Source: Halobacteriales archaeon QS_1_68_20 (lineage in GTDB: Archaea; Halobacteriota; Halobacteria; Halobacteriales; PXRE01). Taken from it: a stretch of 64,000 bases of DNA. The stretch spans positions 16,334-80,333 of the forward strand of contig PXRE01000009.1 of the NCBI GenBank assembly GCA_003021085.1, in the 5' to 3' direction. The notes under the pieces were generated by a model. It ran no database searches. It was given only the letters and a program-made list of their open reading frames with translations, and was not told the origin of the DNA. The position numbers and the translations under genes were made by a program. Shown piece by piece: positions 57,689 through 64,000 of the stretch (its first letter is position 1; every line of letters begins with the position of its first letter).

Positions 57689-57840
57689 AGTTGGATCACC
57701 GGCGGCCCGACCCTAAACGGTTCCTATGCCGAATCAGTGCGAGCGAGGAGCGACCGCGGAGGCAGTGCCAGCGGCACCACGCTGGCAGGTGGCGGCCCGG
57801 TACCGCGCCGCTTTTGCCGGCCCCAGTCGAAGCGCCGGCC

Positions 57841-58419
57841 ATGAGCGACGAGGCCTACGGCGGGGCAGTGGGCGCGTTCCCGTACGCCTTCCGGACGAGC
57901 GACTCCAGGTTGTTCCGCCTGTACGTCGTGCTCGCCGCCGTGCTGACGGCGCTGTCCATCGTCTTCTTCCTGTTCGCGCTGGCGTTCTGGGTGGCCCAGA
58001 CGCTCGGGCAGTCCCCGGTCGCCGCGCTCTCGCGAGCGTTCCTGATTTTGATCTGGCTAGCCGTCGTCGCCCCCGTCATCGCGCCCGTCCTGCTGGTAGC
58101 GCGTCGACACCGCCGCGGCCGGCCGGTCGACCACCGGTACGACGTGGCGCTTGCGGCCACCGGATTCCTGTACGTCCTCGCGGTCTACGTCGGCCTGCTG
58201 ATCGGCGCACCCGCGGACGCACGGGGCACGCCGACCGGGGCCGTCGCCCCCGTCGTCGAGACGCTGTACGCGATGCCGCGGTGGGCCGGCGCCGTCCCGC
58301 CGCTGGCGGTCGTCGCCGCGATGTACCTCGCCCACTGGACGCTGGGTCGGGCCCCGGCCGACGCCGACGTGGACGGTCGATCCGGAGACGACGACCGGCC
58401 GGGTGACGCGCCCGAGTGA
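57841..58419 (+). CDS. Conserved haloarchaeal membrane protein
   Basis: AFPYAFRTSDSRLFRLY; four hydrophobic segments. Confidence 0.8.
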   Translation: MSDEAYGGAVGAFPYAFRTSDSRLFRLYVVLAAVLTALSIVFFLFALAFWVAQTLGQSPVAALSRAFLILIWLAVVAPVIAPVLLVARRHRRGRPVDHRYDVALAATGFLYVLAVYVGLLIGAPADARGTPTGAVAPVVETLYAMPRWAGAVPPLAVVAAMYLAHWTLGRAPADADVDGRSGDDDRPGDAPE

Positions 58420-58454
58420 GCAAGCACAAGGCCGTCGCCGTCCGATTGGCGACC

Positions 58455-58979
58455 ATGGAACGGAAACGCGGTACCTTCGTCGTCACCCACGCCGACGACG
58501 CCACGGCGGTTCTCCGGGACGCGGAGGACGGCCAGGTCCACACCATGCAGGAGAACCCGGACGTGACGGCGGGTGACGTCATCGAGGCGACCGTCGAACC
58601 GGCCCCCCCGACGGGGACGGCCTGGGAAGTGATCGAGGTAGACGAGCGCCGGACGGTCAGCGTCGAGCGGAGCGGGGAACCGCCGACGCGCCACGAGCGC
58701 GACGTCGCGGCCGACCAGGCGGTCGGGGAACTCACCCGTGTCGAGCGCGCCGGAACGGGCGAGTTACACGTCCTCACGGTCCCGGAGGATCACGTCGAAG
58801 CGGCCGTCTCCGACGTCCTCGACGACGAGGAGGGCCTGCTCGCGCGGGCCGCTCGCCTGGGCATCGGTCGCGTCGAGGTCCGGGCCGTCGAGGTGGACCC
58901 GACGGATGGGCAGGGCGCCGACGGTGACGGCGAAGCGGCCGAGAAATACGGCGTCGTCAGCGTGCGGTACCTGCCATAA
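58455..58979 (+). CDS. Conserved haloarchaeal protein (DUF5812-like)
   Basis: GTFVVTHADD...GQVHT...GVVSVRYLP; start could be 58416. Confidence 0.8.
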   Translation: MERKRGTFVVTHADDATAVLRDAEDGQVHTMQENPDVTAGDVIEATVEPAPPTGTAWEVIEVDERRTVSVERSGEPPTRHERDVAADQAVGELTRVERAGTGELHVLTVPEDHVEAAVSDVLDDEEGLLARAARLGIGRVEVRAVEVDPTDGQGADGDGEAAEKYGVVSVRYLP

Positions 58980-59110
58980 CCCCTTGTTCTCGCTGTTTGA
59001 CGAATACTGGACGTTTCGTCGCTCGACGTGGTTGTTGACGGACGCAAGAAACCAATGGGTCCCTCGGGGTCGTCCGTACATTCATACGTCAACGGGAAGT
59101 ACCATCAGGT

Positions 59111-59341
59111 ATGCCACCGGATCAGGTCGATGCCTCGTCCGAGGACACCGAACTTGCGACGACAATCGGGCTGTACGCCCTCGGGGAGTTGTCGCTCGGT
59201 GAGGCGGCAAGCCGGGCCGACGTCTCCCGGATCGGGATGCGGGAGATCCTCGACGACGCTGGCATCGCGCTCCGGTTCGGCCCACAAACGAAAGAGGAGG
59301 CCAGTGACGATGTCGACGTCGCCCGACGAGCAAACGAGTAG
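59111..59341 (+). CDS. UPF0175-family antitoxin-like protein
   Basis: LYALGELSLGEAASRADVSR. Confidence 0.8.
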   Translation: MPPDQVDASSEDTELATTIGLYALGELSLGEAASRADVSRIGMREILDDAGIALRFGPQTKEEASDDVDVARRANE

Positions 59342-59871
59342 GGCCCCGTCACCCGTCGTTCTCGACGCGACCGTTCTCGTCAACTACGCCAGGACGGATT
59401 CGGTCTTGGCTCTCCAGGGTCGTCGCGATTCCAGTGACGGTACGAGCAGTCGAACAGGAACTGAGGAGGGGTCGAGAGGACGGATACGAGTTCCTCGAAC
59501 CGGCGCTCGATCGACTGGAGGCCGTTGACGATTTTCCCCGTGGGCCGACCGACTGGATTGGCGTCGTTCCCATCGACGGGTCGCCGCGGAACGACGTCCC
59601 CGAAGTGATCGAGAAACTGGATCGCGGAGAAGCCCACGCCCTGTACCGGGCCTGGCCCGACCGGACGCTGGCGAGCGATGACCTCGACGCGAGACAACTT
59701 GCGAAGAGCCGGGACGTTCCTGTAACCGGTTCTATCGGTATTCTCGCCGCCGGAGTCGAGAGCGGAGAGCTCTCGGTCGAAACCGCCGACGATTGGCTCG
59801 ACGTCTGGCGTGATACCGGCTATTATTCCCCGGTGGACAGCGTTGCTGAACTCGTCGACAGTCCGGATTGA
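59338..59871 (+). pseudogene. PIN-domain toxin (DUF3368-like), frameshifted
   Basis: VVLDATVLVNYA in one frame; LDRGEAHAL...LASDDLDAR...GSIGIL in another; no clear start. Confidence 0.7.
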
Positions 59872-59913
59872 ACCGAAACCGAGTTAGCGATCTTCGGGGC
59901 CCGACCGCTAGCG

Positions 59914-60261
59914 TCAGGACTCGGTCGGGCCGCCCTCGCTCTGGACCTTCCAGCCGCCCTGGATGCCGCAGGCCTCCCGGACCTCGTAGTCGATGTCGGT
60001 GTCCTCGCCGACGCGGCGGCCGTCCTCGACGGCCTCGACGCGCAGGGGGACGTCGAGGGTGTTCCCGCAGCACCCGACGCCCACGAACTCCTCCCAGGCG
60101 TCCCCGACCGCGACCGTGCCGAGGGTCTTGCGGAGCCAGGCCCTGAACGACCGCGTCTCGATCTGGTGGCGGCCCCACCCGCTGAGGTCCGAGGGGTAGG
60201 AGACGACGACGCGGTCGGCCTCGCCGGTCGCGGCCTGGTCGACGGATTCGGGGTCGCTCAT
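59914..60261 (-). CDS. Conserved haloarchaeal hypothetical protein
   Basis: WEEFVGVGCCG...GGWKVQS. Confidence 0.78.
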   Translation of the reverse strand: MSDPESVDQAATGEADRVVVSYPSDLSGWGRHQIETRSFRAWLRKTLGTVAVGDAWEEFVGVGCCGNTLDVPLRVEAVEDGRRVGEDTDIDYEVREACGIQGGWKVQSEGGPTES

Positions 60262-60423
60262 GGGCGCGCTTGGGCGCCGGGCTACAAAGCCGTGACGGGG
60301 CTCGCTGACCGCTCAGGCCTCTGTCGACGGCGGTGCCGGCCGCGGCGACGAGATAAGAAGGCTTATTCACGCCCCTTTCGGAACCAACTCCCATGATCGA
60401 GGACGTCGCCCGGAGGTGGATCT

Positions 60424-61320
60424 ATGGGCGGGGATGACGTCGAACCGTTCGAGTTACCGTTCGGGCTGGGCGAGGTCGACTACACGAAGTACACGAATCG
60501 CCAACTCGCAGCCGTGCCGCTCGGGGTCCTGGCCGTCGCGCTGGCCATCCTCCTCGTTTGGTCTACGATGATGGCACCGGTCGGGTGGCCCGCACAACCG
60601 GGCATCGACTTCGTCGGCGGGACCGAACTGCAGATCCAGACGAGCGATAGCCAGGAGGAGATCGAGGCGGCGTTTTCCCAGGAACCCGAGTCCGTGCGGG
60701 GCATCGCCGCCCAGGAGGACACCTACATCGTGACGTTCAAGGAAGGTGATACGTCGACGCTCAAGGACGACGCGGAAGCGGCCGGCTACAGCGTCGAACA
60801 GGTCCGTGAGGTCTCCGCGACCTTCGGCGGGAGTTCCCAGAGCCAGGCGCTCATCGGCGTCGGCATCGCCTTCCTGGGGATGAGCATCGTCGTCTTCCTG
60901 CTGTTCCGGTCGTTCGTGCCCTCCATCGCGGTGGTGGCGAGCGCGTTCTCGGACATCGTCATCCCCATCGCGCTGATGAACCTGCTGAGCATCGAGATGA
61001 GCCTGGGGACCGTCGCGGCGCTGTTGATGATCATCGGTTACAGCGTCGACTCGGACCTCCTGCTCAACAGTAACATCCTCCGGCGGCGCGGTGGCTTCTA
61101 CCAGAGCGCCTACCGGGCGATGAACACGGGGATCACGATGACGCTGACGTCGCTGTCGGCGATGACGGTGATGACGGTGGTCGCCTGGTTCTTCCAGATT
61201 CCGCTGTTGCCGAACATCGGCGCCGTCCTGGTGTTCGGGCTGGCGGCCGACCTGATGAACACCTACCTGATGAACATGAGTCTGCTTCGCTGGTACAAGT
61301 TCGAGGGGGTCAAACGATGA
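60424..61320 (+). CDS. secF: Protein translocase subunit SecF
   Basis: GIDFVGGTE, IGYSVDSD. Confidence 0.95.
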   Translation: MGGDDVEPFELPFGLGEVDYTKYTNRQLAAVPLGVLAVALAILLVWSTMMAPVGWPAQPGIDFVGGTELQIQTSDSQEEIEAAFSQEPESVRGIAAQEDTYIVTFKEGDTSTLKDDAEAAGYSVEQVREVSATFGGSSQSQALIGVGIAFLGMSIVVFLLFRSFVPSIAVVASAFSDIVIPIALMNLLSIEMSLGTVAALLMIIGYSVDSDLLLNSNILRRRGGFYQSAYRAMNTGITMTLTSLSAMTVMTVVAWFFQIPLLPNIGAVLVFGLAADLMNTYLMNMSLLRWYKFEGVKR

Positions 61321-62909
61321 GCGACGGCTACTACGCGAAGGCGAAGGCCAACTGGCGGGTGCTGTTGCTGACGGTATTCATCCTGATGAGTACCATCTCG
61401 CTGTTCGTGCCCGCGGCGGTCGTCTCGGGCGGCGGCGTCACCAACCTGGAGTACGGCCTGGACCTCGACGGCGGGACCCGCGTCCGCGCGCCGTTCGTCG
61501 GCATGACGGCCGAAGGCGTCGACGTCGGGAACGCCAACCCGAGCAACCTCGAGACCCAGATCGCCGAGGACCTCGGCCTGAGCCCGGCGGACGTCCAGGT
61601 CCGGCCCAGCGGACAGACGGTCGAGGTCTTCTCGGAGAACGTCTCCGAGTCCGAGTTCGGCGCCGCCCTGGAGTCGGCCGGCCTTGAGTACGACTCCATA
61701 CGGAGCGGGGTGACCGAGCAGACGCGGACCGTCGCGCGCAACACGGTCGAGGACAAGATCAGCGAGTCCCCGCAGATCCCCGGCGGGAAGGTCCAGATGG
61801 TGACCACGCCCGGTGGCGAACACTTCCTGCTCATCGAGGCGCCCGGCGTCACCAGGGACCAGGTGCTCGACCTCATTCGCGAACGCGGCGTCGTCGAGAT
61901 CGTCGCCATCTACCCGACCGGTTCCGGGAGCAACGGGACGGTCGCCAACGACACCGGCCGCGAGCGCGAGTTCAACGTCCCCGAGGGTTACGCAACCGAG
62001 ACGATGTTCACCCAGGCCGAACTCGCGTCGGTCAGTAGCGCCCGCGAGGGACAGGGCACCCAGGACCCGCACGTCCCCGTGTCGCTGCGGGACGGTGCGG
62101 CCCAGGACTTCGAGTCCCGCATGATCGAACTCGGGTTCACCAACGAGGGCGTCGGCCGGTGCGATTGGCGGGCCGACCAGTCCGATCCGGGCTACTGCCT
62201 GCTGACCGTCGTCGACGGCGAGGTCGTCTACGCGGCTAACATGGGCCAGGGACTGGCCGACGACATGAACGCCCGGGAGTACAGCAAGACGGGCGACTTC
62301 CGCCTGGAGACGACCAACATCTCGGAGGCCCGCGCGCTCCGCGTCAACCTGCAGGCTGGTGCGCTGCCCACCGACCTCGATCTGGACGCGGGCACCTCCT
62401 CGTACATCGAACCCAGCATCGCCGAGCGGTTCAAGTTCCTCTCGCTACTGACGGGAGTGCTGGCCGCGCTGACGGTCGCGCTGGTCATCTACGCCCGCTA
62501 CCGGAACCCGAAGGTGTCGATCCCGCTGTTCCTGACGGCGCTGACGGAGGTCTACATCCTGCTCGGGTTCGCCGCGGCGATCAGTCTGCCGCTGGACCTG
62601 GCACACATCGCCGGGTTCATCGCCGCCATCGGAACGGGGGTGGACGACCTGGTGATCATCGCCGACGAGGTGATGTCCCAGGGTGACGTCAAGACCAGGC
62701 GCGTCTTCCGCAACCGCTTCCGGAAGGCGTTCTGGGTAATCGGCGCCGCCGCCATCACGACCATCATCGCCATGAGTCCGCTGACGGTGCTGTCGCTGGG
62801 TGACCTCTCCGGGTTCGCCATCGTCACCATCGTCGGCGTGCTCGTCGGGGTGCTGATCACCCGGCCCGCCTACGGCGACATCTTGCGGACGCTGTTGACC
62901 CGCGAGTGA
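61317..62909 (+). CDS. secD: Protein translocase subunit SecD
   Basis: YGLDLDGG, LQAGALP, IGTGVDDLVII. Confidence 0.95.
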   Translation: MSDGYYAKAKANWRVLLLTVFILMSTISLFVPAAVVSGGGVTNLEYGLDLDGGTRVRAPFVGMTAEGVDVGNANPSNLETQIAEDLGLSPADVQVRPSGQTVEVFSENVSESEFGAALESAGLEYDSIRSGVTEQTRTVARNTVEDKISESPQIPGGKVQMVTTPGGEHFLLIEAPGVTRDQVLDLIRERGVVEIVAIYPTGSGSNGTVANDTGREREFNVPEGYATETMFTQAELASVSSAREGQGTQDPHVPVSLRDGAAQDFESRMIELGFTNEGVGRCDWRADQSDPGYCLLTVVDGEVVYAANMGQGLADDMNAREYSKTGDFRLETTNISEARALRVNLQAGALPTDLDLDAGTSSYIEPSIAERFKFLSLLTGVLAALTVALVIYARYRNPKVSIPLFLTALTEVYILLGFAAAISLPLDLAHIAGFIAAIGTGVDDLVIIADEVMSQGDVKTRRVFRNRFRKAFWVIGAAAITTIIAMSPLTVLSLGDLSGFAIVTIVGVLVGVLITRPAYGDILRTLLTRE

Positions 62910-62963
62910 CGGACCGGGTCGCCGAACTCCTGTACTCGACTTCTTCGCCCCGCTTTTCCCAGT

Positions 62964-63662
62964 TCAGAACTCCCCGAGTCCGCGCTGTCCGCTGTCGGCC
63001 AGTAACTGCCGACAGGTCTCCCACGACGACCGCGCGAACGGCGGGACCTCGCCGTGCTCGTCGACGTACGATTCGAGGTAGGCGCGGGTGTTCGGATCGC
63101 TGGGGTAGCCGCTCCCGACGTCGCCGTGTTCGGCGGCCAGTTCGGCCACGTGGGCGTCGCGTTCGACCTTCGCCACGACCGACGCCGCGGCGACGACGTC
63201 GTGGTTTCCGTCGGCGCCGTGCTCGGCCGTGACCTGGACCGACCGCGAGACGGCGTCGGTCACCCGGCGCGCGAACCGCGCCTCGCTGGTGTCGCAGGCG
63301 TCGACGACGACTTCAGGGCGGGCGTCGGCCCCGCCGTCCGCACCGTCGCCGTCTGGGCCGCCGTCTCCGTCGCCGTCCCAGATTCCGTCCAGCGCGGTCG
63401 CGTGGGCCTCGACGGCCAGGGAGTTCATGTCCGTCTCGGGGTCGTCGATGCGCGCCGGGGCCACCTCCGCGACGCCGACCGCTACTTCGGGGTGGTCCCG
63501 TAGTTCGGCGGCGAGTGCCTCGCGGCGCTCGGGGGCCAGTTCCTTCGAGTCGTCGAGGCCGTCAGGGAGGACCGCCGTGTCGGGAACCCGGACGGCGGCG
63601 GCGAACATCGACCCCAGTACCGGGCCACGTCCCGCCTCGTCGACGCCGACGCGCGGTGCCAT
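62964..63662 (-). CDS. rnhB: Ribonuclease HII
   Basis: GVDEAGRGPVLG, DSK, AAASVVAKVERD, GSGYPSD. Confidence 0.96.
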   Translation of the reverse strand: MAPRVGVDEAGRGPVLGSMFAAAVRVPDTAVLPDGLDDSKELAPERREALAAELRDHPEVAVGVAEVAPARIDDPETDMNSLAVEAHATALDGIWDGDGDGGPDGDGADGGADARPEVVVDACDTSEARFARRVTDAVSRSVQVTAEHGADGNHDVVAAASVVAKVERDAHVAELAAEHGDVGSGYPSDPNTRAYLESYVDEHGEVPPFARSSWETCRQLLADSGQRGLGEF

Positions 63663-63747
63663 CGTCGTCCGTTGCGCGCCGCGGCGGCTAATCGCTTTCG
63701 CTGGGATCCGAAGAAGTTGCGATTGTCGTCGTGTGGGACGGTGGGGT

Positions 63748-63885
63748 TCAGTCGTCGGCCGCCGGCGTTTCGATTACCTCGTCGTGTTCCCGATCCGGGT
63801 CCTGGGATTCGGGGTCCTCCTCCGGGAGTTCGTCGGTCATCCGCTCCCATTCGGCGTCCCGGTCGTCCGCCCAGTGGTGGCACAT
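63748..63885 (-). CDS. Small acidic protein (45 aa)
   Basis: MCHHWADDRDAEWERMTDEL...TPAADD; below ORF-track cutoff. Confidence 0.6.
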   Translation of the reverse strand: MCHHWADDRDAEWERMTDELPEEDPESQDPDREHDEVIETPAADD

Positions 63886-64000
63886 GGTCCGTGATGTGGT
63901 ATGGGTTGACAGGGCATAACGGTTTGGTCGAAGTGTTCGTGGATCGTCGGCTGGATGGGCTGGCCGTCCGTCGATTGGCGGTCACTTGGTCGACACCGCC

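Overview
A 64-kb, high-GC chromosomal segment from a haloarchaeon (acidic proteins; archaeal aroK, PAN, aIF5B/infB, Nob1, SecDF). The backbone carries housekeeping and transport genes: surE, carbonic anhydrase, a copper-type P1B ATPase cluster, aroK and chorismate mutase, Cdc48, Trk potassium genes, hisS, truA, pepF, pan, pdaD, infB, nob1, pgi, secFD and rnhB. The most notable feature is a 7.0-kb integrated element (40005-47032) bounded by a 14-bp direct repeat, ACTTCCCCCAGAAG, which is the last codons of infB (FWGK*). It encodes a tyrosine integrase with an inserted zinc ribbon, an apparently degenerate LAGLIDADG-like protein, a translationally coupled string of tiny ORFs, a truncated TFB-like protein and a membrane cargo gene. 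Its central operon is bracketed by ~183-bp non-coding inverted repeats, and the element lacks CCGG, AGCT, CTAG and GTCGAC by my scan. I recognise no Rep or capsid gene, so it may be a virus satellite or minimal integrative element (inference). A second accessory island (17.5-22.3 kb) and many decayed or chimeric accessory genes are also present. All family assignments are from motif recognition and memory, not database searches.
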